From Thalassobaculaceae bacterium (GTDB taxonomy: Bacteria; Pseudomonadota; Alphaproteobacteria; Thalassobaculales; Thalassobaculaceae), in the NCBI GenBank assembly GCA_965228875.1, contig OZ245843.1:186001-250000 (forward strand): a stretch of 64,000 nucleotides of DNA, in the 5' to 3' direction. The notes beneath the pieces are model-generated. The model was not told the DNA's origin, searched no databases, and saw only the letters and a program-made list of their open reading frames with translations. The translations under genes and the position numbers were made by a program. Shown here in pieces: positions 46,050 to 54,842 of the stretch (positions are counted from its first letter, which is position 1; the number at the start of each line of letters is the position of its first letter).

Positions 46050-47027
46050 ATGGCGGAGGGACCCAGAATGACCGATGCCGACGACCTGCAACCGAAGCTC
46101 GTCGCCGCGGTTCGGCACCACGAGGCCGGCGAGTTCGAGCAGGCGCGCGATCTGTATCTCGAGATCCTGGAAGCCGATCCCCAGCACGAACGGGCTCTCC
46201 ATCTGGCCGGGCTGCTGTGCCTGCAGTGCGGCGAGAACCAGGGGGCGAAGACCCTGCTGCTCGCCGCGGCCGAGTTGGACCCGACCAACGCCGCCTATCC
46301 CAACCATGTCGGTACGGCCGAACTGAAGGAAGGGAATCTTGCGGAAGCCGACACCTGGTTCGATAAGGCGCTTCAGCTAGACCCGGCCTACATCGATGCG
46401 GTGTTCAACAAGGCGCTGACGCTGCGCGGAATGGACGACCTGCACGCGGCCGCCGCAATGCTGGATCGGGCGATCGAGCTAGACGCGAAGGCGTCGGAGG
46501 TCCTGTTGTGGCGCGGTATCGTCGGACGGGAGATCGGCGAAGGGCCGGATGCGGTCGACTACCTGGTGAAAGCGATCGAGGCCAATCCGAACAACGCGAG
46601 CGCGCTGTATCAGTTGGGCGAGTCGTTCTCCGACCTGGAGGAGTTTCAGCAGGCCGAGGACTGTTACCGCGCCGCGGTCGAACGCGCGCCGGATGTTCCC
46701 GCGTTCCGCGGCAAGCTGGCGAGCTGCCTGGGGCAGCTCGGCAAGGCGGGCGAGGCGGTCCGCGAGTTCGAGCTCGCCCTGGCGTCCAGTCCGGACGATC
46801 CCGCGCTGCTCGGCGGTCTGGCCTGGCTGAAGGCGGAGCATGGCAACCTCGCGGAGGCGCGGGCGGCGGCCGACCGGTCCGTCGAGGTCGATCCCCAGAG
46901 CATCGACGGGTATTTCGCTCTGGCCAAGATCCACGATCTCTCGGGCGAGGCAGATCTTGCCGAGCAGGCGCGCGCGCGCGTGCGCGAACTGGCGCCCGAC
47001 AACGCGCGGTACCTCTCGGCTCTGTAG
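46050..47027 (+). CDS. Stand-alone TPR protein
   Basis: Consecutive 34-aa A..LDP/NP TPR units over the whole length; no catalytic domain; start may be 46068. Confidence 0.85.
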   Translation: MAEGPRMTDADDLQPKLVAAVRHHEAGEFEQARDLYLEILEADPQHERALHLAGLLCLQCGENQGAKTLLLAAAELDPTNAAYPNHVGTAELKEGNLAEADTWFDKALQLDPAYIDAVFNKALTLRGMDDLHAAAAMLDRAIELDAKASEVLLWRGIVGREIGEGPDAVDYLVKAIEANPNNASALYQLGESFSDLEEFQQAEDCYRAAVERAPDVPAFRGKLASCLGQLGKAGEAVREFELALASSPDDPALLGGLAWLKAEHGNLAEARAAADRSVEVDPQSIDGYFALAKIHDLSGEADLAEQARARVRELAPDNARYLSAL

Positions 47028-47042
47028 GCGCACGCGGACGCA

Positions 47043-47067
47043 CCGCCCGGCAGAATCTGCCGGGCGG
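47043..47067. terminator. 25-bp palindrome between convergent genes (hairpin; also ftr-like)
   Basis: CCGCCCGGCAGA-A-TCTGCCGGGCGG. Confidence 0.5.
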
Positions 47068-47096
47068 CATCGCGCGCACGGTGCGGTAGGCGGGTG

Positions 47097-47555
47097 CTAC
47101 AGGGTCCGGCTCATCAGGCTTCCGGCGCCGCCGGCGGCCGCATAGGCGCCGTAGCCGCGTTGAACGGCGGCCGCGCCCCGCTTCGGCGGCGCGGTCTCCT
47201 CCGGCAGGCCGCGCGACTTGCGCACTCCTCCGATGATCATCTTGACCACCCGGTCGGTCGCATCCTGCGCCGCCTTCAGCGCCAGCATGTTCTCCGACAG
47301 GGTCTCGCGGAACGCCTGGTACAGCGAGCGCAGTTCGCTCCGTTCGTCGGTCGACAGGGTCTGCACGACGCTCAGGTCGGCCTGCACCGCCTTCTGGTGG
47401 AGCTCGAAGGCCCGGGTGAGCTTCACCTTGTGGCGCTGTATCCGCTCGATCTGGTCGAAGTTCTTCTCGCGGACCAGGGCCGTTTCCTGACGCATCAGGG
47501 CCATCAGTTGCGTCATCGACTCGACGAAGTGCTGGATGATTTCACGCGGGTCCAT
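47097..47555 (-). CDS. FlgN-like export chaperone
   Basis: Small helical protein L..LM.QET.....K..L...EN...L; downstream of flgJ. Confidence 0.6.
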   Translation of the reverse strand: MDPREIIQHFVESMTQLMALMRQETALVREKNFDQIERIQRHKVKLTRAFELHQKAVQADLSVVQTLSTDERSELRSLYQAFRETLSENMLALKAAQDATDRVVKMIIGGVRKSRGLPEETAPPKRGAAAVQRGYGAYAAAGGAGSLMSRTL

Positions 47556-47905
47556 CAGGCAACCTCCTGCAGCGTCAGCAGCTGCTTCTCGATGGTGTCA
47601 GCCAGGCCGACGCCGCCCTGGTTGGCGAAAGACTTTGTGATTTCCTCGACATAGAAATCGCGCCAGACCTCCTCGGCGTGACCTCCGCCGAAGACGCCGT
47701 CGCTACCGATCCCCTTGAACATGTGCCCCATCATCTGGGAGAGGAACTGGGCCTCGAAGGTCTCGGCGGTCTCGCGCACGGCCTCGCGGTCCTTGGCGCG
47801 GGCGGCGGCCTGGATCTCGGCGGCGGTGTTCTTCGCGGCGCCCTGGCCGCGGGCGAGGGCCAGATCGGCGGTGCCGAGATTGGCCATGGAAAGGGTCGCG
47901 GTCAT
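47555..47905 (-). CDS. flgJ: Rod-cap FlgJ, rod-binding domain only (no muramidase)
   Basis: A..FEA.FL.QM..HM, FGGG.AE..W, GGVGLA; GGGAGG RBS before ATG 47905. Confidence 0.88.
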   Translation of the reverse strand: MTATLSMANLGTADLALARGQGAAKNTAAEIQAAARAKDREAVRETAETFEAQFLSQMMGHMFKGIGSDGVFGGGHAEEVWRDFYVEEITKSFANQGGVGLADTIEKQLLTLQEVA

Positions 47906-47919
47906 TGTCCGGTCCTCCC

Positions 47920-49041
47920 TTAGAGCACTTCGAGTTCGGCCTGGAGCGCGCCGGCGGCCTTGATCGCCTGCAGGATGGAGATCATGTCGCGCGGGCCGAC
48001 GCCAAGGGCGTTCAGGCCGTCGACCAGTTCCTGCAGGGTGACCGTGGTCGGCAGCACCGTCAGACGGTTGTCGCTGTCGTCGTCGATCTCGATCTGGGTG
48101 CGCGGCACCTCCACCGTCTCGCCGGTCTGGCTGAACGGCTGCGGCTGGCTGACCTGCGGCGTCTCGGTGATGCGGATCGTCAGGTTGCCCTGGGCGATGG
48201 CGACGGTATTGATGCGGACGTTCTCGCCCATCACGATGACGCCGGTCTGCTCGTCGATCACCACCTTGGCGACGATGTCGGGGGTGACGCGCAGCTGTTC
48301 GATGTCGGTGATCAGCGCGACGGCGTTGTTGCGGTAAGCGTCCGGGACCAGCATGCGCACCGTCGCGGGATCGACCGACTGGGCGATCGGGCCGCCGACG
48401 AAGGCATTGATCGCCTGGGCGATGCGGCGCGAGGTGGTGAAGTCCGGATTGCGCAGGGCGATGCGCACGGTCTCCATCGAGTTCAGCTTGAAGTCGATCT
48501 CGCGCTCGACAATGGCGCCGTTGGCGATGCGGCCGCTCGTCGGGACGCCGCGGGTGACCGAGGCGGCCGCGCCCTGGGCGGAGAAGGCGCCGACGGCGAC
48601 CGGGCCCTGTGCGACGGCGTAGACCTCGCCGTCGGCGCCGACCAGCGGGGTGACCAGAAGCTGGCCGCCGCCGAGGTTCTCGGCATCGCCGATGGCGGAG
48701 ATCGTGACGTCGATCCGCGTTCCCTGGGTGGTGAAGGGCGGCAGGGTCGCGGTGACCATGACGGCCGCGACGTTGTCGGTGCTCAGGCTGTCGTCCCGCG
48801 AGTTGACGCCGAGCCGCTCCAGCATGCCGACCAGGCTCTCGCGGGTAAAGATTGCCGAGCTCAGCGAGTCGCCGGTGCCGTTCAGCCCGACCACCAGGCC
48901 GTAGCCGATCAGCATGTTCTCGCGCACGCCCTCGAAGTCGACGATGTCCTTGATTCGCGTCTGGCCGGCGGCGGCGGTGGCCGTCAGTGCCACGGCCAGG
49001 AGGCCTGCGGCGATACCCTTCAGCGTGCTTGCCAGTGTCAT
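47920..49041 (-). CDS. flgI: P-ring protein FlgI
   Basis: RIKDI..GVREN.LIGYGLVVGLNGTGD, ILQAIKAAGALQAEL. Confidence 0.97.
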   Translation of the reverse strand: MTLASTLKGIAAGLLAVALTATAAAGQTRIKDIVDFEGVRENMLIGYGLVVGLNGTGDSLSSAIFTRESLVGMLERLGVNSRDDSLSTDNVAAVMVTATLPPFTTQGTRIDVTISAIGDAENLGGGQLLVTPLVGADGEVYAVAQGPVAVGAFSAQGAAASVTRGVPTSGRIANGAIVEREIDFKLNSMETVRIALRNPDFTTSRRIAQAINAFVGGPIAQSVDPATVRMLVPDAYRNNAVALITDIEQLRVTPDIVAKVVIDEQTGVIVMGENVRINTVAIAQGNLTIRITETPQVSQPQPFSQTGETVEVPRTQIEIDDDSDNRLTVLPTTVTLQELVDGLNALGVGPRDMISILQAIKAAGALQAELEVL

Positions 49042-49119
49042 CGTCTCTTTCCCCGCGGTTTCTCGCGTCTTGGCTCGTTGTCGTTCGTTCCCGGGTTCTC
49101 CCGGTGTCGCGAATGTCTA

Positions 49120-49135
49120 TGCGAGTTCCGTGCCA
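49120..49135 (-). promoter_or_regulatory. Sigma54 promoter of flgI-flgJ-flgN-like
   Basis: Minus strand TGGCAC-GGAAC-TCGCA; ftr-like GGGCCGAGTTTGCCC at 49226-49240. Confidence 0.72.
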
Positions 49136-49309
49136 AGTCCGCCATCCGGAGCCCGCCGCTGCGGTGGCGGCTTCGCCCGGCGGTCCCGCGCGTGATATAA
49201 GTCCGGGGTCGCGCCGCGCCATGCGGGGCCGAGTTTGCCCTCGCCGGCAAACAGATGCAGGATACGCGCCGGCGCCGCGTCGCGACCGCCACGGCATTTG
49301 AGGCTTCGG

Positions 49310-49726
49310 ATGAAGGTCGATCCCACAAAGATCAGCGGTGTTTCCCAGGCGAAGCGGACCAGGAAGTCCGCTTCCGCCGGCGGCGCCGCTTTCGCCGACA
49401 TGATCTCGGAGACCGATGCAACGCAGTCGGCGAGCGGAGCCGCCCCGGTCTCGGGCGTCGAGTCGGTGTTCGCGGTCCAGTCCGTGGGCGACCGCGAGGG
49501 CAACGCCCGCAAGGCGAGGGAGCGGGCGGAACTCATGCTGTCGCGGCTCGAGGATATCCGCGACGGCCTCCTGATGGGGATGGTGCCGGCCGATCGCCTG
49601 CAGGATCTCGCCACCGCGGCGCGCCAGCAGCGCGAGGAGCTGGACGACCCGAGGCTCTCCGAAATCCTCGACGACATCGAGCTGCGCGCACGAGTGGAGC
49701 TTGCGAAACTGGAACGAAGCGTGTAA
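49310..49726 (+). CDS. fliX: FlbD partner FliX
   Basis: A..ML.RLEDIR.GLL.G, DP.L..ILDDIELRA.VELAK; divergent from flgI. Confidence 0.9.
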   Translation: MKVDPTKISGVSQAKRTRKSASAGGAAFADMISETDATQSASGAAPVSGVESVFAVQSVGDREGNARKARERAELMLSRLEDIRDGLLMGMVPADRLQDLATAARQQREELDDPRLSEILDDIELRARVELAKLERSV

Positions 49727-49864
49727 CCCCACGCCCGTCGCTGTCGGCGGTTCCGGCGCCTAGTCTCCAGCCACCGACAACACGCCGGTTCCGGCTCGTT
49801 GTGCTCCGGTCCGTGGGCACTCCGACCGGATCGGCCGCGGTCGATGACGCGTGGAGGAATTCGG

Positions 49865-50281
49865 ATGAGCGTGACTTTGCCGCCGGACTATCAGCCGTCG
49901 GATGAAGAGGAGTTCATGAATCCGAAGCAGCTGGAGTATTTCCGCCAGAAGCTGCTGCGTTGGAAGGCCGACCTCGTGAAGGAGGCCGGTGAAACCCTGA
50001 GCAACCTGACAGAACAGAATCTACAGCAGCCGGACATGGCGGACCGGGCCTCGCTGGAGACCGAGCATTCGATCGAGCTGAGGACCCGGGACCGGGAACG
50101 CAAGCTGATCAGCAAGATCGAGGCGGCCCTCAAGCGTATCGAGGACGGTACCTACGGCTATTGCGAGGAGACCGACGAGCCGATCGGTCTGCGCCGGCTG
50201 GAAGCCCGGCCGATCGCAACCCTGAGCCTGGAGGCCCAGGAACGTCACGAGCGCATGGAACGCACGCACCGCGACGACTGA
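49865..50281 (+). CDS. dksA: RNA polymerase-binding factor DksA
   Basis: EEFMN..QLEYFRQKL, DMADRAS (DxxDxA), LRTRDRERKLI.KI, GYCEE..EPI...RLEARP. Confidence 0.96.
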   Translation: MSVTLPPDYQPSDEEEFMNPKQLEYFRQKLLRWKADLVKEAGETLSNLTEQNLQQPDMADRASLETEHSIELRTRDRERKLISKIEAALKRIEDGTYGYCEETDEPIGLRRLEARPIATLSLEAQERHERMERTHRDD

Positions 50282-50307
50282 CCGACAGATCTCTCGCAGG
50301 ACACGAC

Positions 50308-50332
50308 GAAGGCCGCCCATGGGGCGGCCTTC
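50308..50332. terminator. Hairpin terminator between convergent dksA and flgH
   Basis: GAAGGCCGCCC-ATG-GGGCGGCCTTC then TGCTTT. Confidence 0.65.
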
Positions 50333-50397
50333 TGCTTTCCGGATCGGGCCAGGAGACGCGGGGAGACTGGCCCGGGCCGGGGTTCTCGCCGTCGTCG

Positions 50398-51162
50398 TCA
50401 GAACGGCATGATGATGTCGAGCACCTGGCTGCCGTAGCGCGGCTGCTGTACGTCGGTGAGCTGGCCGCGGCCGCCATAGGCGATGCGGGCCTCTGCCATC
50501 TGGTCGTAGCTGATGGTGTTGGTCGAGGTGATGTCTGCCGCCCGGATGACGCCGCCGACGACGATCTCGCGCACTTCGAAGTTCACGCGCACTTCCTGCC
50601 GGCCGTAGAGGACGAGATTGCCGTTCGGCAGTTTCTGCGTCACCACGGCGGCGATGCGGATGTTGATATCCTCCTCGCGGTCGACCTCGCCGTTGCCGAC
50701 ATTGCTGTTCGAGGAGTTGAGGTCCACGAGGTTGTCGCCGGTCACGCCTTCGGGGAAGACGTCGTTCAGGGCGTTCTCGAAGCCGAACAGGCCGCCGAGC
50801 GCCGCGCCTTCGCTGTTGGTTCGGCTGCGGGTCGTCGTGTTGGTCACCGCCGCGTCGTCGTCGATCTCGACCACCACCGTGATGATGTCGCCGATATCGC
50901 TGGCGCGCTGGTCCTTGAAGAAGGCGCGCGACCCCTCCTGCCATAGCGAGTTGGCCTGACGCGTCGCCACAACCGGGGCCGGCATGGGCAGGCTGACCGG
51001 CTGGTAGCCCGGGGACTCGACCGGGTTCTGGATCCGCGAGAGTTCCGGCGCCTGGCCCAGGCTGGAGAGGCGGTCCATGGCGTTGCAGCCGGAGAGCAGA
51101 ACCGCGGCGGCGGCGATGCCGAGCAGCGGTCGAATCCGGGACGGCGGGGTGAGGCGGGTCAT
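50398..51162 (-). CDS. flgH: L-ring lipoprotein FlgH
   Basis: Lipobox LSGC, SLW..FFKDQRA..GDI.TV, LPNGNL, GVIR..DI, AEARIAYGGRG. Confidence 0.96.
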   Translation of the reverse strand: MTRLTPPSRIRPLLGIAAAAVLLSGCNAMDRLSSLGQAPELSRIQNPVESPGYQPVSLPMPAPVVATRQANSLWQEGSRAFFKDQRASDIGDIITVVVEIDDDAAVTNTTTRSRTNSEGAALGGLFGFENALNDVFPEGVTGDNLVDLNSSNSNVGNGEVDREEDINIRIAAVVTQKLPNGNLVLYGRQEVRVNFEVREIVVGGVIRAADITSTNTISYDQMAEARIAYGGRGQLTDVQQPRYGSQVLDIIMPF

Positions 51163-51198
51163 TTCTTCATCCTCCAAGGGGCGGTTCTGCACCCATGT

Positions 51199-51214
51199 AT
51201 CAAGAGCCGTGCCA
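51199..51214 (-). promoter_or_regulatory. Sigma54-like promoter of flgH with a variant -12
   Basis: Minus strand TGGCAC-GGCTC-TTGAT. Confidence 0.55.
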
Positions 51215-51232
51215 ACGGCGGCGCCTGCCGCG

Positions 51233-52258
51233 TCAGCCGTTCAGCGCCACGAGACCGGCGAGGTTGGCCGGTTCGATGATGGCCATGTCCGGGCCGACGA
51301 CCTTCGCCTCGACGATCTTGTCGCTCTGCGCGTTCCTCACGCGGATGATCGCGCCGCGGGTTCCCGATTCCAGGGCCTTTCCGCGGGCGGTCAGGGTCAT
51401 CATGCCGGTCCGGACCATGACGGTGATGGTGTCTCCCTTGGTGACCAGCAGGTTCGGCTTCAGGTCGGTCAGGCGGACCGGCACGCCGGCGGTCAGCGGC
51501 CGCCGCGCGGTCAGGCCGACGATGTCCTCGTGCCGGGTGACGGTGGTGACGCTGGCGCGACGCGTCGGCACGCGCTGCCAGGCAATCATTTCCTCGCTGA
51601 TGACCTGACCCGGCATCGCGTGCCGGCGCAGGGTCGGAACCTCGATCATCGGAACGATCTTGCCGCTGACCTGGGCGATCCGTCCGCCGCCGGCGCTGAC
51701 CGCGGCGTCGAACCGCTTGCTGCGCGGCTCGTAGGACAGCGAGTGGATCCGCACGCTCAGAGGCGCGCTGGCCGGGATGAACAGGTCGGAGGTCCGGCCG
51801 AACAGGTCGACGTCGAAATCGTCGGCGACATACTCGGCGGCGAGGCGGGTCGTGAGGGCGTCGGCGATCACCTCCATCGGCACCTCGACGCTGGCGCGGG
51901 TGACGACGACGGCGATCTTCGAGCGTTCTGGACGCCAGTTCAGGCCGAACGCCTTGGTGTACTGCCAGATCTGCCGAGCGCCGAGCACCAGCCGCTCGCC
52001 GGGGACCGGGGCGTCGGCGATCCTGCGGTCGGCGCCCTGGGGCAGGTTGGCGAACAGGTCCGACAGCATGAGATCGTCGCCATGGACCGTCACCCGGTCG
52101 CGCAGGATGAGCGGCAGGTTCTGCCCGGCCGGCAAAGCCTGCCCGCCGGCCGTTGCCGCCACCGCGACCGAAGCCGCGGTCGGACCGATCGCCGGGACCG
52201 TCGCCGCGAGGGCGGCTGCCAGAGCCAGGCGGGTGAAGGCGGTTCGCATCCGGATCAT
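51233..52258 (-). CDS. flgA: P-ring assembly chaperone FlgA
   Basis: Signal peptide; SAF-like region; LV.KGD.I...G.ALE.G..G..IRVRN..S.K. Confidence 0.9.
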   Translation of the reverse strand: MIRMRTAFTRLALAAALAATVPAIGPTAASVAVAATAGGQALPAGQNLPLILRDRVTVHGDDLMLSDLFANLPQGADRRIADAPVPGERLVLGARQIWQYTKAFGLNWRPERSKIAVVVTRASVEVPMEVIADALTTRLAAEYVADDFDVDLFGRTSDLFIPASAPLSVRIHSLSYEPRSKRFDAAVSAGGGRIAQVSGKIVPMIEVPTLRRHAMPGQVISEEMIAWQRVPTRRASVTTVTRHEDIVGLTARRPLTAGVPVRLTDLKPNLLVTKGDTITVMVRTGMMTLTARGKALESGTRGAIIRVRNAQSDKIVEAKVVGPDMAIIEPANLAGLVALNG

Positions 52259-52328
52259 GGGTGTTCTCCCGTCGTCCCGGTCCCCGCCCGGCGGGGACCG
52301 TATGCTGTCAGAGGGTCGTCAGATGGCG

Positions 52329-53114
52329 TTAGCGGACGTTATTGACCGTCGACATCATCTGGTCGGAGGTCTCGATGACCTTGGAGTTCAGCTCGTAGGC
52401 CCGCTGTGCGGTGATCAGGTTTGTGATCTCCTGCACCGGGTCGACGTTCGAGGATTCCAGGAAGCCCTGCTGCAGACGGCCGTAGCCGGCGGCGCCCGGC
52501 GCGCCGGTGTTGGCGGCGCCCGATGCGGCCGTCTCGAGCAGCAGGTTGTTGCCGACGTTCTCGAGACCGGCCGGGTTCTGGAAGATGGCGAGCTGCAACT
52601 GGCCGACGTTCTGCTCGTCGACCTGACCGTCGATCGCCGCGAACACCTGGCCGGACTCGTTGATCGTCACGCCCAGGGTATCGGCCGGGATCGTGATGCC
52701 CGGCTGGACCGTGTAGCCGTCCGGGGTGACCAGCGTTCCGTTCTGGTCGAGCTGGAACGAACCTGCCCGCGTGTACGCCGTGTTGCCGTTCGGCAGGGTG
52801 ATCTGGAAGTAGCCCTCGCCGCGGATCGACAGGTCGAACTGGTTGTCGGTGAGGATCAGCGCGCCCTGCTCGTTCACCCGGTAGGTGGCCGCGGTCTTCA
52901 CGCCGAGGCCGAGCTGGATGCCGGAGGGGACCACGGTACCGGCATCGGAGGAGGCGGTGCCGACCCGGCGCTGGTCCTGGTAGATCAGATCCTGGAATTC
53001 CGCCCGGTGGCGTTTGAAGCCCGTGGTGTTCATGTTGGCGATGTTGTTCGAGATGACCTCGACGTTCATCTGCTGGGCGTTCATGCCGGTGGCGGCGATG
53101 TTCAACGACTGCAT
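52329..53114 (-). CDS. flgG: Distal rod FlgG
   Basis: AATGM.AQQ..ISNNIAN.NTTGFK, EFQDL.YQ, LE.SNV..V.E..LI.AQRAYE.NSK. Confidence 0.97.
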   Translation of the reverse strand: MQSLNIAATGMNAQQMNVEVISNNIANMNTTGFKRHRAEFQDLIYQDQRRVGTASSDAGTVVPSGIQLGLGVKTAATYRVNEQGALILTDNQFDLSIRGEGYFQITLPNGNTAYTRAGSFQLDQNGTLVTPDGYTVQPGITIPADTLGVTINESGQVFAAIDGQVDEQNVGQLQLAIFQNPAGLENVGNNLLLETAASGAANTGAPGAAGYGRLQQGFLESSNVDPVQEITNLITAQRAYELNSKVIETSDQMMSTVNNVR

Positions 53115-53200
53115 AACTCTCTCCCTGGATGACCGCTTCGGGCCCTGTCTCAGTCTGATCTGCGGGGCGGCTCAGATCTGCCGACCGCCCGTCACTGTCG

Positions 53201-53929
53201 TCAGCCCACCTGCATAGGCCGTGCCAAACGCTGGATCGCGTCCTTCTCGCGCTCGTTCTCGCTGCTGATCAGGTTCTTCACCGCCTCGTAGGTGCGGCTG
53301 ACCTCAATCATCTGGGTGAGTTCCAGGATCGGGTTCACGTTCGAGCCTTCGATCAGGCCCTGGTGAACGTTGCTGTTGTCCGCCGGCCGGGGCAGTTCCT
53401 CGGTCTCGAACAGCGAGTCGCGGACCTTCTTGAGCGCGACCGGGTTGTCGAACTCGACCACCGCGATGCGGCCGTACACGTCGTCACCGAGCTTCACGCT
53501 GCCGTCACTCTCGATGACGATCTTTTCGTCCGAGCGCGGCACGAAGATCGGGTCGCCGCCGGCATCGAGCACCAGGTGCCCCTGGTTGGTGACGATCTGG
53601 TTGTTCTCGTCGAGCGAGAACGTGCCATTGCGCGTGTAGAAGACGTCGGTGCCGTCATCGACCTGGAAGTAGCCCGGTCCGTCGATCGCCAGATCGAAGG
53701 TGTTGCCGGTCTTCTGCATCGGCCCGGGCTGATGGTCGATCGCCGTGCCCTTGTCGATCACGAAGTCGTTGACCGGGGTGAACGGGACCTTGGTCTCGTA
53801 CGCCTGATAGATCATGAGTTCGCGCTTGAAGCCGGTGGTGTTCATGTTCGCGATGTTGTTCGCGACCTGGCTCATCTGCCGCCGCAGCGCAGCCTGGCGG
53901 GACAGGCCGATATAGATCGAGTTCTCCAT
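53201..53929 (-). CDS. flgF: Proximal rod FlgF
   Basis: MEN..YIGLSRQ, ANNIAN.NTTGFK, YTRNG.F, EGSNVN. Confidence 0.95.
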   Translation of the reverse strand: MENSIYIGLSRQAALRRQMSQVANNIANMNTTGFKRELMIYQAYETKVPFTPVNDFVIDKGTAIDHQPGPMQKTGNTFDLAIDGPGYFQVDDGTDVFYTRNGTFSLDENNQIVTNQGHLVLDAGGDPIFVPRSDEKIVIESDGSVKLGDDVYGRIAVVEFDNPVALKKVRDSLFETEELPRPADNSNVHQGLIEGSNVNPILELTQMIEVSRTYEAVKNLISSENEREKDAIQRLARPMQVG

Positions 53930-54014
53930 GACTCTCTCCGTTCCTCTCTGCAGGCCCGTTGCGGGCTCTTGTCTGGGATCCGCCGGTCACACCCGCGGTC
54001 TCGCCGGAGTGCTA

Positions 54015-54030
54015 TGCAGGGTCCGTGCCA
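54015..54030 (-). promoter_or_regulatory. Sigma54 promoter of flgFGAH
   Basis: Minus strand TGGCAC-GGACC-CTGCA. Confidence 0.75.
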
Positions 54031-54155
54031 AGAGGGTTTACGCACGTGCCGCGGCGATTACGGGCGCGGTGGCGCCCACATGACAGACGCCGGTGACGGG
54101 GAACCGCGCGCCGGCCTTTTACGAGGGGCCGCCTTTCTGTAGAATCCACGTGAGT

Positions 54156-54171
54156 CGGCACCTGATTTGCA
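54156..54171 (+). promoter_or_regulatory. Sigma54-type promoter upstream of fliL
   Basis: CGGCAC-CTGAT-TTGCA, 90 bp before the fliL ATG. Confidence 0.6.
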
Positions 54172-54260
54172 TGAACCGTCGGACGCGAATGCCGGAGGTC
54201 GCGAAGCGGCCGGGTCGGCGGTGACCGGGTCCGGCGCAGCCGGTGCGAGGGAGAGTTCGA

Positions 54261-54797
54261 ATGGCTGAAGAAGCCCTCGACGAAATGGACGACACCGGCG
54301 ACGAGCCGGAAAAGAAGCGCGTCAGCGGCAAACGGCTGATCATCTTCGCCGCGGTTCTTGTCCTGGTCCTGGTCGGCGGCGGAGTCGGCGCGGCGTTCAT
54401 GCTCGGCCTTTTCGGCGGCGAGCCGCCGCCGGCGGAGGAGACGGAAGCAGGCGAGGCGCAACCCGCACCGCCGCCGCAGCCGCAGGAGACCCGCGCGTTC
54501 TTCTTCGAGGTACCGGATCTGATCGTGAACCTGAACACCAGCGGCCGGAAGTCGACCTTCCTGAAGATCAAGATCGCGCTGGAACTGGAGGGGCCGCAGG
54601 ACACGGACAGGATCAACGAGGTGCTGCCGCGCATCGTCGACAACTTCCAGGTCTATCTGCGCGAGCTCAGGGTCGACGATCTGAACGGGTCGGCGGGCAT
54701 GTATCGGCTGCGCGAGGAACTGCTGCGGCGGGTGAATCTGGCGGCCCGTCCGGTCCGGGTCCGCGACGTTCTGTTCAAGGAGATGCTGGTCCAGTAG
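54261..54797 (+). CDS. fliL: Flagellar basal-body protein FliL
   Basis: Single TM helix; IVNL, PRI.D.FQ.YLRELR..DL.GSAG..RLREELL.RVN, VLF.E.LVQ. Confidence 0.95.
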   Translation: MAEEALDEMDDTGDEPEKKRVSGKRLIIFAAVLVLVLVGGGVGAAFMLGLFGGEPPPAEETEAGEAQPAPPPQPQETRAFFFEVPDLIVNLNTSGRKSTFLKIKIALELEGPQDTDRINEVLPRIVDNFQVYLRELRVDDLNGSAGMYRLREELLRRVNLAARPVRVRDVLFKEMLVQ

Positions 54798-54842
54798 GGC
54801 CGGCGCACGGGCCGACGAGCCAACGAGACACGAGGCTGGCAT

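Noticed and set aside
47906..49732. 725-aa ORF suggesting a long FlgJ fusion
   Set aside because: The upstream part overlaps flgI in another frame and fliX antisense; a good RBS and ATG at 47905 define the short FlgJ
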